A DNA stretch of 64,000 bases from Octopus vulgaris (lineage: Eukaryota), in assembly GCA_951406725.2 (NCBI GenBank), contig OX597820.1:55986001-56050000 (forward strand), given 5' to 3'. The translations under genes were made by a program, and so were the position numbers. Below are positions 14,471 to 27,714 of this stretch, in pieces (position 1 is the first letter of the stretch; each line of letters opens with the position of its first letter). The notes below the pieces were generated by a model that searched no databases, was not told where the DNA came from, and saw only the letters and a program-made list of their open reading frames with translations.

Positions 14471-14888
14471 TTCTTTTATTCTTTTACTTGTTTCAGTCAT
14501 TTGGCTGTGGCCATGCTGGAGCACTGCCTTTAGTCGAGCAAATCGACCCCAGGACTTATTCATTGTAATCCTAGTACTTATTCTATCAGTCTCTTTTGCC
14601 GAACCGCTAAGTTACGGGGACGTAAACACACCAGCATCGGTTGTCAAGCGATGTTGGGGGACAAACAGAGACACATTAACGTATACTCACACAAATCATC
14701 ATCATCATCATCATCATCGTTTAACGTCTGTTCTCCATGCTAGCATGGGTTGGACGGTTTGACCGGGGATCTGGGAAGCCAGAAGGCTGCACCAGGCTCC
14801 AGTCTTATCTGGCAATGTTTCTACAGCTGGATGCCCTTCCTAATGCCAACCACTCCGTGAGTGTAGTGGGTGCTTTTTACGTGCCACC

Positions 14889-14934
<46 letters not shown>

Positions 14935-15100
14935 TACGATGGGCTTCTTTCAGTTTCGGTCTACCAAATCTACTCACAAGGCTTTGGTCGGCCCGAGGCT
15001 ATAGTAGAAGACACTTGCCCAAGGTGCCATGCAGTGGGACTGAACCCGGAACCATGTGGTTTGTAAGCAAGCCACTTACCACACAGCCCCTCCTATGCCT
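14471..15100 (-). mobile_element. SINE family A with an RTE-tail fragment (14697-14891) nested in its internal microsatellite
   Basis: 3' half at 14471-14690 and 5' half at 14935-15100. A (CAT)n-led RTE 3' fragment and (TA)n lie between them. Confidence 0.85.
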
Positions 15101-16311
15101 ATACTGTATAGGACTTTACAGTTTCATTGCTCACAATTTAATAAAAAATCCTCAATATAAAACCAGAATTTAATCAAATAGACAAATTATATTTTGCACT
15201 ACTCAAAAAAAAAAAAAAATGAAAAATCTAAAAAAAAAATCTAGTGGTGAGATTAGTTAGTATTCTAGTCAGAAGAAATCATTAAATAAAACATTGCAAA
15301 TACAGTGAAAATATAAATAAAATGGGCCATGTTGTATTGGTAAAGTAGTAGAATTATACATAAAAAACATTAGTAAAATATAGGATAAAAAAATTCTGGT
15401 AGTGAAGATCTGATTCATTACTTAGTATGTGACATCAGGTTGTGAGTGAGTGAGTTTTGTAGGTGCTTCTGTCATGTATTTATTTGTATATCTGGTTAGC
15501 TAGCCAGCTAGCTAGCTAGTTAACTCCCCACCACTCACTCTTTCTCTTTCAACCTTATGTAAATGTGTATTTTTTTTGTTGATATATGCTTCCAATTGGT
15601 ATAAAGGCTGATTGGTCGACAAGTGTCAATTAATTAGAATAGTTTTTGTTGCTACTAACTTTTCCTCAGCGTCTCAAATGTGTTTTTATGTTGGTCAATA
15701 TTTATTTCATGAATTTAAGTGGGTACTTCTTCCTGAGAGGGAGCATGTGATTATATCACACACACACACAGAGTCATATGTACACTTATCCTCACACAGA
15801 AGTAGAAGCACACATTCAAACATACATATAAACAACCTCAAACATACACTCCTCATATAACAATAAAGTCCAGAAAAAATTAGGTTGACGAATATGAAGA
15901 GAGATTATTCTGTTGGTTTAAAGAAGAGAAGTTTGTGTCTATAAACTTTCACATCCTCATTGAATGGTCAGATAGATAAATATAGCTTATCACGAGGGAT
16001 TCAGTTGATGTTTAGCTGAAATTTCTGTATGGTGGTATTTCAAATGGAAATATAAGCAGAAATGAGAATCCCAGAGAGAAGCAATTCAGGGAATGAAGAA
16101 TTAGAAGAGTTGGGGAGAATAAAGCAATGGTCTATGAAGAAAGAAAAAATCTATGCATTTCATTACTTCATAAAATGTTAAATTAATTGATATACCTCAG
16201 GTTATGTTATGCTGTTGGTTTTTAAAAAGAATGAAATAGTGGTATATAATTACCACTAGCAAGAAATTAATTTTAAAAACTCCATAAGTAAGCAATAATA
16301 ACAACAATATA

Positions 16312-16341
<30 letters not shown>

Positions 16342-16343
<2 letters not shown>

Positions 16344-16538
16344 CTCTCTTACTTGTTTCAGTCATTTGACTGCAGCCATGCTGGAGCACTGCCTTTAGTC
16401 AAGTAAATCGACCCCAGGACTTATTCTTTGTAAGCCTAGTATTTATTCTATCGGTTTCTTTTGTCGAACCACTAGGTTACGGAGATGTAAGCACACCAGC
16501 ATCGGTTGTCAAGCGATATTGGGGGGACAAACACAAAC

Positions 16539-16574
<36 letters not shown>

Positions 16575-17532
16575 CTATATATAAACGGCAGTTTGTCTGT
16601 GTGTCTGTCAGGTTGTACCCTCACCCTGACCACGGCTTTCAACCAATTCTGATGAAACTTGACACACACATAGCCCAATGTCATAATTCAAAACTAACGC
16701 AGCGAAAATTTTGAAAAGTCCCCCCAGTTCTGAAAAAAAATCGATAAATTTGACATGGGTTGAGAATCTAAGCTTTTTATATGCAACACATTTTCTACAG
16801 ACTGTCTAGGGGACGCAACTCGACCTTTTTAACTCTCGGAATACGTGGGGTAAGTATCCCAAAATGTATAACAATGTACAAAAATGGCAAAAAAGCGGGC
16901 AGCAATGTGAGTGACAACAACGAAAAAGTCAAAAGTGACCAAACTGAACAAACAAATGGAAAAGGTTTTTTGGTGCACACGACAAAAGTGGTTTATAATA
17001 AACCAAGAGTTTGCAAGTAGCGTCCGAGGACCCTTAGGGTACGTTAAAAATTTAAGGTAAAACGTTTGGAGTGGTAGTTACAAAGAAAGTGTAAACAAAA
17101 AAAGTATTCGAATAACTTGCGGCTGCAGCAGCTATTAGCAGAAGTAAAGTCTCGAATGTAATTTCTTCCTGGTAGGAATTGGTTCGGTTGAATTATCGAT
17201 AGCTGTTTGATAGTTATTTGGGAGTGAAGAAAAAACATTGCAACCTACACATGCGCCTTCGTTCCCTAGAGGGAAAGGACTAGATTGGGATTAGTCGTTG
17301 CCTACTAGGGGCTCTTACATACCCGGGCAACGCCGGGCTATGCTGCTAGTATATATATATATACACATATATATGACAGGCTTCTTTCAGATTCCGTCTA
17401 CCAAATCCACTCACAAGGCTTTGGTCGGCCCGAGGCTACAGTAGAAGATACTTGCCCAAGGTGCCACACAGTGGGACTGAACCCAGAACCATGTGGTTCG
17501 TAAGCAAGCTACTTACCACACAGCCACTCCTA
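16342..17532 (-). mobile_element. SINE family A split by a Helitron-like insertion
   Basis: 3' half at 16342-16550 and 5' half at 17372-17532 flank the insertion at 16574-17349. Confidence 0.85.
16574..17349 (+). mobile_element. non-autonomous Helitron-like element
   Basis: A|TC 5' end, 3' hairpin CCCGGGCAACGCCGGG (17322-17337), then CTAG|T. No TSD; inserted in (TA)n. Confidence 0.85.
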
Positions 17533-17540
17533 CATACATT

Positions 17541-17614
<74 letters not shown>

Positions 17615-18119
17615 CGTATATATATGTATTCTATGCACCTTTTCCCTTATTCCTTCATTTCAAATTCAAACTCCTAATCCCACTTCATATTATGAAGAAG
17701 TTATTATCTCCTATGTATTAACTGCCTACTGGGGACACAAATTTAGACTTAGTATTTCACTGGAGCAGAGCCTGTAGCAGCAGTACAAGTAGTAGTTGAA
17801 GTGGTGGTGGTGGTGGTGGTGGTAGAAGAGGTCATGGATGACACAAAAAATGGGTGAGCTGAAGGTTGATTAGTAATACTATATTTAGCTTTTTTTTTCA
17901 TTCAATTGATAGTTATCATCATTATCAACATTGTTTTAGTATTCACTTATTCATTACTTGCATGGGGGCAGCAGAAGGATTTTTGTTGAAGTACAATTTC
18001 TACAGTCAAATGTCTTTCCTGTTGCCAACCTTCACCTGTTTCCGAGAAAGGTGATATCACAAAAAACTGGAAACAGATCAAATCACTGATATGGTGACAC
18101 TTGTTTATGACTATTATGT

Positions 18120-18215
18120 GTGGCATCTTGGGCAAGTGTTGTCTACTATAGCCTCGGACCGACCAAAGCCTTGTGAGTGGATTTGGTAGACAGAAACTGA
18201 AAGAAGCCCATCGTA

Positions 18216-18261
<46 letters not shown>

Positions 18262-18509
18262 TATATATGTATGTATGTGTGTGTATATGTTTGTGTATCT
18301 GTGTTTGTCCCCCTACTATCAATTGGCAACCGGTGTTGGTGTGTTTACGTCCCCGTAACTTAGCGGTTTGGCAAAAGAGACTGATAGAATAAGTACTAGG
18401 CTTACAAAGAATAAGTCCTGGGGTTGATTTGCTCGACTAAAGGCGGTGCTCCAGCATGGTCACAGTCAAATGACTGAAACAAGTAAAAGAGTAAAGAGAG
18501 TAAAGAGTA
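18120..18509 (+). mobile_element. SINE family A, 5'-truncated
   Basis: Matches 10104-10490 from the CTTGGGCAAGTG motif onward. Confidence 0.85.
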
Positions 18510-18595
18510 ATAGCAAGATAAATACACAGACACACACATACACATACTTCCATACACACACACACACTTTCATACACACACACGCACACACACAT

Positions 18596-18923
18596 GAAGG
18601 TGCATGGCTCAGTGGTTAGAGTGTTGGGCTCACAATTATGAGGTTGTGAGTTCGATTCCTGGATCGGGCTGTGTTGTGTTCTTGAGCAAGACACTTTATT
18701 TCATATTGCTCAGGTTAACTCAGTCGTAGAAATGAGTTGCGACAGCACTGATGCCAAGCTGTGATGGCCTTTACCTTTCTCTTGGATAACATCGGTGGCC
18801 TGGAGAGAGGAGGCCTGTATGCATGGGTGACTGCTGGTCTTCCATAAACAACCTTGCCCAGACTTGTGTCTTGGAGGGTAACTTTCTAGGTGCAATCTCA
18901 TGGTCATTCATGACCAAAGGGGA
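18596..18923 (+). mobile_element. tRNA-derived SINE, family C
   Basis: Head TGGCTCAGTGGTTAGAG...GAGTTCGATTCC, central GTTCTTGAGCAAGACACTTTATTTC, 3' GGTCATTCATGACCRAAGGGG. Copies at 45517-45840(+), 57560-57892(+), 59530-59878(-); variants at 2342-2595 and 46185-46510. Confidence 0.85.
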
Positions 18924-19513
18924 TATACACACACACACACACATCTACATAACCTATTACAGACACTTACTCTTTCTCACTCTCACATATACATATATAC
19001 GATAAGCTTCTTTCAGTTTTTGTATACCAAATACACTCTCAAAGCTTTGGATGGGTTTAATTCTTTAGCATTCAAATTCTTCTGTCAAATGTAATGCTTA
19101 TTCATTCACATTGTTTTAAATTAATTTTGCATTATCTGGTAGCTTTGAGATTTTGATGTGATTGTTTATTTTTGGAAAAAGCATTGTAGAATATGTGTGA
19201 GAGGCCAGATCTGGTTGGTTTGAGTATAAAACAAAAGAATATTTGGGCTGGATATGGCCAGTTTAAATGCTAAAGGATTAAGGCTTTGTAGACAACACAT
19301 GCCCAAGGTACCACACTGTGGGTTTGAACATGAAACTATCTGGTTGGGTGGCAAACATTTTAACCTTGCATCTATATCTGCATCTATATTATGTTTAATT
19401 TTGGATGCAACCCAAAAATGTGTCTCAGCCAGAAGGAGGTAGTTATTTATTTATTTTTTTACCACCTTATGCTCATTATTTCATGGTGATAATGGTGGTG
19501 GTGGTGGTAGTAA

Positions 19514-19551
<38 letters not shown>

Positions 19552-19673
19552 ATGGTAATGATAGTTGTAATTGTAGCAATGAGAATTTCAGTCTTGATAG
19601 TGAGGAAGTGAAATATCCAAGATGTGACAGCTGCAAAGAGGAAGAGAGAAAGAGAGAGGGAGAGGGAAAGAGA

Positions 19674-19705
<32 letters not shown>

Positions 19706-20180
19706 AAGAGAGAGGCAGAGGGAAAGAGAGAGAGAGAAAGAGACACACACACAAACACAGAGTGAGAAGGAGAGAGAGGAGGGTTTCACCAGTTGGTATC
19801 CATAATAGCAAAGTAGACTGAAGCATGTGAAATGAAGGACATAATGCATTTCCTGGTCCAGGAATTGAACTCATTAACCTTATGATCATGTTCCAAGTAC
19901 CCTAAGCACTAGAGCATGTGCATTCGCTAAAAGAAATGCAAACTATTGGAATTTAGGTTAATCATTCTGAGTCTAAAAGTAAGTAAAGACCCCCTTCGGT
20001 GATGAATGGCCATAGGATTGCACCTAGAAAGTTCCCATCCAAGGCACAATTCTGGACAAGATTGTTCGTGGAAGACCGGCAGTCGTTCAAGGGAAAAGCA
20101 AAGGCCAATACAGCTTGGCACCAGTGATGTCACAATTCATTTCTACAGCTGAGTGAAGTGGAACAATATGAAATAAAGTG

Positions 20181-20456
20181 GGCATTCTTTTGACATAACT
20201 TGACAAAATCAAAATATTTCACTTTGGGTATTTCCGTGGAAGTAAATGACAGTTCGATTCTGTTTTCTGCTTGGAAATTTGTGGATTTTACATACACACA
20301 TGAAACAGGTAAGAACAAATATGCAAGGCTTTTTTTTTCTTCAAGTTTAAAATGAGACATTGCTGGCATAATTTCGTTATATCTATTACTGTACAACCCA
20401 AGGAAATACCCGAAGTGAAATGATTTGATTTTGTCGAGTTATATTGAAAGACAGCT
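20181..20456. mobile_element. MITE with ~55-bp TIRs and 8-bp TSD (MULE/Merlin-like), inside a minus-strand family C SINE
   Basis: TIR cores 20186-20235 and 20402-20451 match about 43/50. ATAAAGTG is duplicated at 20173-20180 and 20457-20464. The SINE sequence resumes after it (ccttgctcaagaaca). Confidence 0.82.
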
Positions 20457-21391
20457 ATAAAGTGCCTTGCTCAAGAACAGTACCAGTATTTATTCATCTT
20501 CTTTTCAATTGTTTGAATAATTAGCATTGTGAAAATAAAAGTGGCATTAAAAAAAAATGCACTCAACACATTCTGTAAAGTGGTTGGTGTTAGGGAGGGC
20601 ATCCAGCCATAAAAACCATGCCAAAGCAGACACTGGAGCATGATAAAATCCTTGGGCTCATAGTATCATGTCAAACCATCAAACCCATGTTAGCATGGAA
20701 CATGTAAGTTAAATGAAGATGATGGCTAAATAACTATGGTGGTGGTGATGATGGTGATGATGATTCAGGAAGCCTCAACTTGTAGTAAAATATTACCTCT
20801 ACATATTATGTATGAGTGTACTTACATATATTTGTCTTTAATGTGTACTCAAATTCCACAGATATTTGGTATACCATATGTTTTATAGTTCACTGATATA
20901 CATTTGCATGAATATATATATGTATATGAATATGTATTCATTGGTGCACAAGCGTAGGTGTATGTTTGAGAGAGAGAAAGAGAGAGTGTGGCATTCACAT
21001 AAATGTGTATGATGTCAACTCCAACAAACATATGTATAATATTGTTATTGCTGTTAACCTGTTGTTAGCTCTAAGCAAAGAGAGCTATGATCATAATATA
21101 CCATTCCTGACAATATCATCCAAGCCCATCTTAGTTTTAGATGATATGACCAGTACCTTCGAAACACGCAATGAGTCGAAACAGGGGCAGCTGAAGAAGG
21201 GGAATGTTCCCTCTGTTGTTTGTCTTGTACTCTGTTTTTTTGTTGTTAAAAAAAGTCTGTTTCCTTGTTTTGTTTTTAAGTTTTCATTTCTCGTGTTCTA
21301 CGTTTATTTGTGGTGTCCTGTACCCATATATGCATGTATATATATATATAGATGTAGGTATGTACATATATGTATGTATGTATGCATATGT

Positions 21392-21438
<47 letters not shown>

Positions 21439-21877
21439 CATCATCATCGTTTAACATCTGTTTTCCATGTTAGCATGGGTTGGATGGTTCGACTGGGGTC
21501 TGGGAAGCTAGGAGGCTGCTCCAGTCTGATCTGGAAGAGTTTCTACAGCTGGATGCCCTTCCTAACACCAACCACTCTGTGAGTGTAGTGGACGCTTTTT
21601 ACATGCCACTGGCGCAGGGGCCAGAGGAGGCTGGCAACAGCCATGATTGGTTGGTGATTTTTATGTGCCACTGGCATGGAAGCCAGCCAAGGCGGCGCTG
21701 GCATCGGCCACGTTTGGAGGGTGCTTTTTACATGCCTCCAGCACGGGTATCACAACTGTATATATGTGCGTGTGTATTTATATGCATATATATGTATATA
21801 ATGTATACATATATATATATATTATTATTGGTGAATTGAAGAAATGGAGCTGAATGAAGATTGAACAGAAATCGTTT

Positions 21878-21970
21878 TATTTCATTCTACACGTGTTTTG
21901 AAAGGCACAATTTACCAAAATCTGATTGAATAATGAGACCATATTGTGTCTTTCTCTTCAGGAAGAAATA
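21878..21970 (-). ncRNA. hammerhead ribozyme copy with a core mutation (GAAA to AAAA, G12A)
   Basis: Mirror of 22879-22971. T at 21899 instead of C removes the conserved G12. Confidence 0.7.
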
Positions 21971-22878
21971 GGAAATCCGTTGGAAAAAACAAAAACAGAA
22001 CAGAGGCGGAGCAAAACAAATCGAACTAGGCTCCTAAGAGCCCATGGCAAAACTGTTTATCAGTGTATGCTGAGAACCGGTGGTTGAAGATTTTAACGGG
22101 TCAGGCAGCGGTCATTCCTGTGGGTGAGGGTGTGTAGATGTTCTTTGTGACCGAGAATAAAGTTCTGACTATTTAAGGAATATTGGATGTTTTATAAGGG
22201 GCGAGAAAAAATCTACTTAGAGACATGTGTGTGTTTACTGTTCTATATATGTGTGCTGGCGCAGGTTGGCAAGACCTCCGTCAAGGGGTAGAAAACATTT
22301 TTTGTGTTCTGAAATAGCCTTTAAGATAATTACGATTAACCACTGCAAGGGGAATTACTCCTGTAAGATAAACGGGGCTTTGTTTTTTGACGAAGGGGGG
22401 TTTCCTTGACAAGGCAGGTTCAGACGAACACACGCACACATAAAACATAATTTTTTTCTGCCACCCAACGGTTCTTACTGCAGTAGCCATTGTGTAGAGC
22501 GGCTTAACCACTGACAGCCGAACGATCAAACGCACACACGTACACAAAAAATGTTTTCTACCCCTTGACGGAGGTCTTGCCAACCTGCGCCAGCACACAT
22601 ATATAGAACAGTAAACACACACATGTCTCTAAGTAGATTTTTTCTCGCCCCTTATAAAACATCCAATATTCCTTAAATAGTCAGAACTTTATTCTCGGTC
22701 ACAAAGAACATCTACACACCCTCACCCACAGGAATGACCGCTGCCTGACCCGTTAAAATCGTCAACCACCGGTTCTCAGCATACACTGATAAACAGTTTT
22801 GCCATGGGCTCTTAGGAGCCTAGTTCGATTTGTTTTGCTCCGCCTCTGTTCTGTTTTTGTTTTTTCCAACGGATTTCC

Positions 22879-22971
22879 TATTTCTTCCTGAAGAGAAAGA
22901 CACAATATGGTCTCATTATTCAATCGGATTTTGGTAAATTGTGCCTTTCGAAACACGTGTAGAATGAAATA
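22879..22971 (+). ncRNA. minimal type-I hammerhead ribozyme with intact core
   Basis: TATTTCTTC (stem I), CTGAAGA (22888-22894), GAAAGACACAAT/ATTGTGCCTTTC (stem II, 11/12 bp), GAAA (22950-22953), palindromic CACGTG stem III, TA, GAATGAAATA (stem I'). Predicted cut after A22961 (GUA). AATAAA overlaps at 22968-22973. Confidence 0.82.
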
Positions 22972-23180
22972 AAACGATTTCTGTTCACTCTTCATTCAGC
23001 TCCATTTCTTCAATTCACCAATAATATTTTAATTTCAATTATCCGCACCAACGCGCGGTTGCAACACCATATGGTTGTACCTCCAACCGTGCTGTCTTTT
23101 GCTGTGATTTTTGCTACCAAGGTATCGGTTAAACTTTTGAATAATCTGCTACAAGATTATTCATCTTTCTATTTCACATA

Positions 23181-23215
<35 letters not shown>

Positions 23216-24036
23216 TGCACATACTTACATATAAGTACATACACATATATATATTCATATATACAAATGTGTGTGTGTATGTTCACACACACACACATGC
23301 ATACATACACACACACACACACACACACCTTATTTTGTAAATGGTTAACAGCCTTTGTTTCACAGAATAAATTTTTAATAAACTTTATCTCATTAAAACC
23401 CTAGAATTTTTTGCATGAAACCCTGGAATTTTGATCAATTAAAAGACCTTCAAGACATTGTCCCAGCATGGCCACATTGCAATGGCTGAAACAAGTAAAA
23501 GATGTATCCAAACTATCCAATATAGTTTATAGGTGCAGGAGTGGTTGTGTGGTAAGTAGCTTGCTTACGAACCACATGGTTCTAGGTCCAGTCCCACTGC
23601 ATGGCACCTTGGGCAAGTGTCTTCTACTATGGCCTCAGGCTGACCAAAGCCTTGTGAGTGGATTTGGTAGACAGAAACTGAAAGAAGCCCGTCGTATATG
23701 TATATATATATATACATATATATATGACTAAAGGCGATGCCCCAGCATGGCCACAGTCAAATGACTGAAACAAGTAAAAGATTAAAGAGAGAATATAGAG
23801 ATGCTATGTTACCAGTATGGCTGAGTAATTAGTTTGGTTCACAACCATAAGACTTCAGTTTGATCCTGCTGTGTAATATTTTGAGCAAGTGTATTTGCTA
23901 TAGCATCAGACCAACCCAAATGAATTTGAGTATACAGAAAGAAACTAGATAGAAGCCCATCAGATGGACAGCACTTGCAATTCAAAGGTCTAGCTTTGTC
24001 ATGCTTGCGTCAAGATGGTTTTGTTTGAGAATTATA

Positions 24037-24600
24037 ATAATAATAATAATAATAATAATATTGAAATTATTGTATACAGTGCTCAGGTGCACTACAATTT
24101 GTCAAAAATGCGTATAAAGCATATGCAGTAATGTACAAATGTCTGGAAAGTGAAGAGTGTATGAGTCAGATACATGCTTGTGTGTGTATGGAGGGGAGAA
24201 AATCAGGTGTAGTGTTGGCGAACCTCAGGAAGCATGGAAGTTTTGAAGGATGCAGTGCTCCGACAACTAACAACTGATACTGGCAGTTTGTTCCATCATT
24301 CAACAACTCTTAGCGTGAAAAAATGTTTCCGAAAGTCATGGGAGCTGTGCTGTTTTCTGACTTTGTAAACATGTCTACAAGTGTTAAACAGGTGGAGTTT
24401 GAAAAGGTGCTCAGAGTTATTGTTAGTAAGCCGGTTAATAATTTTATGGGTGTCTGCCAAGTCAGCTGCCAGCCATTTAAGGGTAAACATGTCTATGAAA
24501 TTCTCATCACATGCTAATTCAATGAGTAGGGTGTGCTGTTGATTGAATAACTGATTGCTCATATGTCAAAACTGATGTGAGAGGTCATCATTATCATATA
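24037..24600 (-). mobile_element. CR1/L2-clade LINE 3' end
   Basis: RKHFFTLRVVE followed by a WNxLP-like terminus, 3' UTR and (ATT)n tail. A second copy is at 45205-45490(+). Confidence 0.75.
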
Positions 24601-24950
24601 CATAATGATGATGATGATTAAAAAGGAATCATTTGTCAATAGTAGAGAAAGGAACTTTTTAACACTTACCTCCTTTTCCCTTTGCCACCAGATTTCGAGC
24701 TCTCAGAACTAAAATAAAAGAATAGAAAAGAATATTTTGTAGACATAAATTAATAAAAACAAAAACAGCATTTTTATTTAAAGGCAAAAATAATAAACAG
24801 CATGCTCACTTGACCTGGTACAGATAACAACCAAACCCACTTGAACCACATTTTAAGGTTTGCTATTAGTCTAGGAGCTCAACCTGATTTCCATGGTGTA
24901 TAATCTGAGATTACAACTCTCACACTTGAATGAGACATCAATCTGTTGCA

Positions 24951-26700
24951 ATGAGTGGCAGATCTGCAATATTGAGGCCCTGAAGCTTAAAATGTCATGG
25001 GGGCCCCCTTTACAACCAGCAACAGTAGGGTAACACCAACAAGAGTCAAATAATTTTTGTGCCCTTGCAAGGAACTCTAGCTTCAGGCCTTGATAGCCCA
25101 AAGGATGGAGTTGTGATGTGGAGTCCTTAAAAATGAGCCTGAAAGTGAGCCTTCTTTCCACCAGAAACGAGGTGTGGGTAATCACCGATATCTTTGTCAA
25201 TCTGGTTGTTTAATGGCAGATCACTACAAATATTTTTCAGGCTATGCCTTATATTTTTAGAGTTATGAGGGTTGAACATTAGGAGAGCATTATATACATG
25301 CATGATGCATCATTAAGATACATATGAAAATTACAAAATACTCCTTTTCCTGTTTTTTTTGTAGCAACAATTTTGTCATATGACAGCTTCCTTGTAATGT
25401 CATTTTCCAGAGACAATATGCACAAGGAATTTAAGTGCTCTTCAGTCATGGTAGACCGAAATTTATTCTTTACGGAGGAAAGTTTTGAGGAACTCCTTTC
25501 TGCTTCACAACTCATGATAGGCATTGTCAAGTACAGCTTATGTGCAGTGGTAATATTAGGGGACACTTCAATTAATTGTTGCTCATAAATAAGCTGAACA
25601 ACTGTGCAATGCATTTTAGATGGTGTGTTTCCTTCTGTGTTCTGGGATTTTGTAAGGTGTAAATACTCTTTGAATTGATAACACTCATTTATTAATTTGT
25701 GGTCAATATTGTCTTTGTAATGCGATATTATAAGTTTGATACGATTCTCACCAAATTCTGATTTGTTCATCAATTCTGAGAGAAGCTTGAATCATTTCGC
25801 AATCTGCTCATATGGGTCCATCTTGCTTAACTGGGTTATCAAGCAGTCATAGACTTGATTTAGAACTTCTATCCTAAGTTTTTCGGCCCCTTTCAAAGAA
25901 GCCCGATCATTTGTCCCATCTGCAAATTTCTTTGTAACAATGCGTTTGGAAACATCAGAATAATTTGAGAAGATATATTCACATAAACCTTTTGCTACTG
26001 ATTCATAGTGTGCATCCCTGTTGGATGGATTTTCTTGTAGTTCTTTAACAAATGAAAGCAAAGATGCTAGCAGAAGGTAACCTACAAATACATCAGAACC
26101 AAGGGTTTGGAGTTTCTTACATGTTTTATTAAAACACTCCATAACTTCTTCACAAACAACTGTTAAAACAGCATATTCTAATTTTACCAACTTGTGGTAT
26201 AAGTTCTTTGCATCTCGCTCACATTCAGGCTTCTCTTCTGAGTCTTCAAACATATGTTTGAGAATTTGTAAAATATTCCTATATCCATTTTTAATTGCCT
26301 GGACAGCTTCAAAGTGTGCAGACCATCTAGTTACACTTAAGCTCTTTAGAGAAAAGGCTAGATTGCCCTGTGTGTTCAAAAGACCCTTCTTCGAGGAGAT
26401 TCAGAGGTTAACAATAGGAACTCTGTAAAAGTTCCTATTGTTAACTTCTGTAACAATAGGAACCTTGAAAATAAAGATTCAAGGAGCTGCCCTTCCTCAC
26501 TTTGACTAATCTGTTAAATAACAACAGTTACTCAATAAGTCAAAGGAGAGGAAGCAGTGCTCATAACCTTTGCAGGATCTTCCATTTTACATCTGAACTA
26601 TTCAGTCAATTGTTTCTAAGTCACTGCTATTTGACAACTTCTTTCAACTATTAAGCCAGTAGGGGTCCAGGGGTTTGCTCTGCTCTTTCTACCTTCATCT
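24951..26700 (-). mobile_element. decayed hAT-superfamily transposon (ZMYM1-like transposase pseudogene)
   Basis: ORFs 25792-26379 (SLSVTRWS) and 25279-25773 (LTMPIMSCEAERSSSKL..KNKFRSTMTEEHLNSLCILSLE, hAT dimerisation domain) are broken by a stop or frameshift. Outer boundaries are approximate. Confidence 0.85.
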
Positions 26701-27317
26701 ATAATAGTCCTTTGTATTCCCTGGATTTTCTGTTTTCATGTCAAACCCAGAAAAAGTCCATTATTTTGTTGTTGCTGTTGTTTAAGCCCTTATCAGACCT
26801 GTTTAAGCAGACCAATGATCAAATGGGTCCCACCTATGACCAATTCGTTTTTGCATCCAATCAGCATGCATATATTATAATTAAGACTTAGATATCAACT
26901 TTTTAAGGTGATAAATTGTGATTTAAAGGAAGTTTGTCTATTATTTCTGGCTTTTCAAGCAACCACATAAATGTTCCCACGCCAGTTAGTTTATAATGTT
27001 ATGGTGTTGCTATATCGTTTCAATTCACAGCAGTTATCAGTATCTTTTACATATGCATCATCATTTTAATGAGAAAAGTATTCTGAGAAAAACTATAATT
27101 GTATATTCACAAATTTATCAATGTGTTTTCATCTATCACTTCATATTCATGACATATAATAATTTCCTACATACAATTCCAAGATATCTACTTGATTTTA
27201 AACAAACCTATGAAACTATAGTGATTTTCTTATCTCTACTTTGGCAAATATGTTTTGGTGTTGTCTATGCTTTGGTGCTCTCTACATTACAGAAACACTA
27301 TCAAAACTATTAACATA

Positions 27318-27714
27318 CGCAGGAGTGGCTGTGTAGTAAGTAGCTTGCTTACCAACCCCATGGTTCTGGGTTCAGTCCCACTGCATGGCACCTTCTACTA
27401 TAGCTTCGGGCTGACCAAAGCATTGTGAGTGGATTTGGTTAGACAGAAACTGAAAGAAGCCCATCATATATATGAATATATATATGTATGTGTGTGTATG
27501 TGTTTGTGTGTCTGTGTTTGTCCCCCCAACATCGCTTGATAATCGATGCTGGTGTGTTTATGTCCCCGTAACTTAGCGGTTTGGGAAAAGAGACTGATAG
27601 AATAAGTATTAGGCTTACAAAGAATAAGTCCTGGGGTCGATTTGCTCGGCTAAAGGCAGTGCTTCAGCATGGCTGCAGTCAAATGACTGAAACAAGTAAA
27701 AGAGAGTAAAGAGT
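27318..27714 (+). mobile_element. SINE family A
   Basis: Near full-length match to 10104-10490. Confidence 0.88.

Larger units (their letters stand above)
21823..23180 (+). mobile_element. Penelope-like non-autonomous element with a 485-bp inverted 5' duplication
   Basis: Arms 21823-22307 and 22542-23026 are reverse complements with about 4 mismatches. 234-bp spacer, unique 3' extension 23027-23180, (TA)n on both sides, and a hammerhead motif in each arm. Confidence 0.78.

Noticed and set aside
18596-18670. tRNA gene (also heads at 10104, 45517, 46541, 57560)
   Set aside because: A and B boxes are present but continue into SINE bodies and lack a proper acceptor stem.
21155-21215. GAAAC...CAGCTGAAGAAGGGG as a permuted (type II) hammerhead
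   Set aside because: Core words are present but I could not pair stems I and III around a UH site.
22227-22995. ORFs with identical N-termini on opposite strands
   Set aside because: An artefact of the 485-bp inverted repeat.
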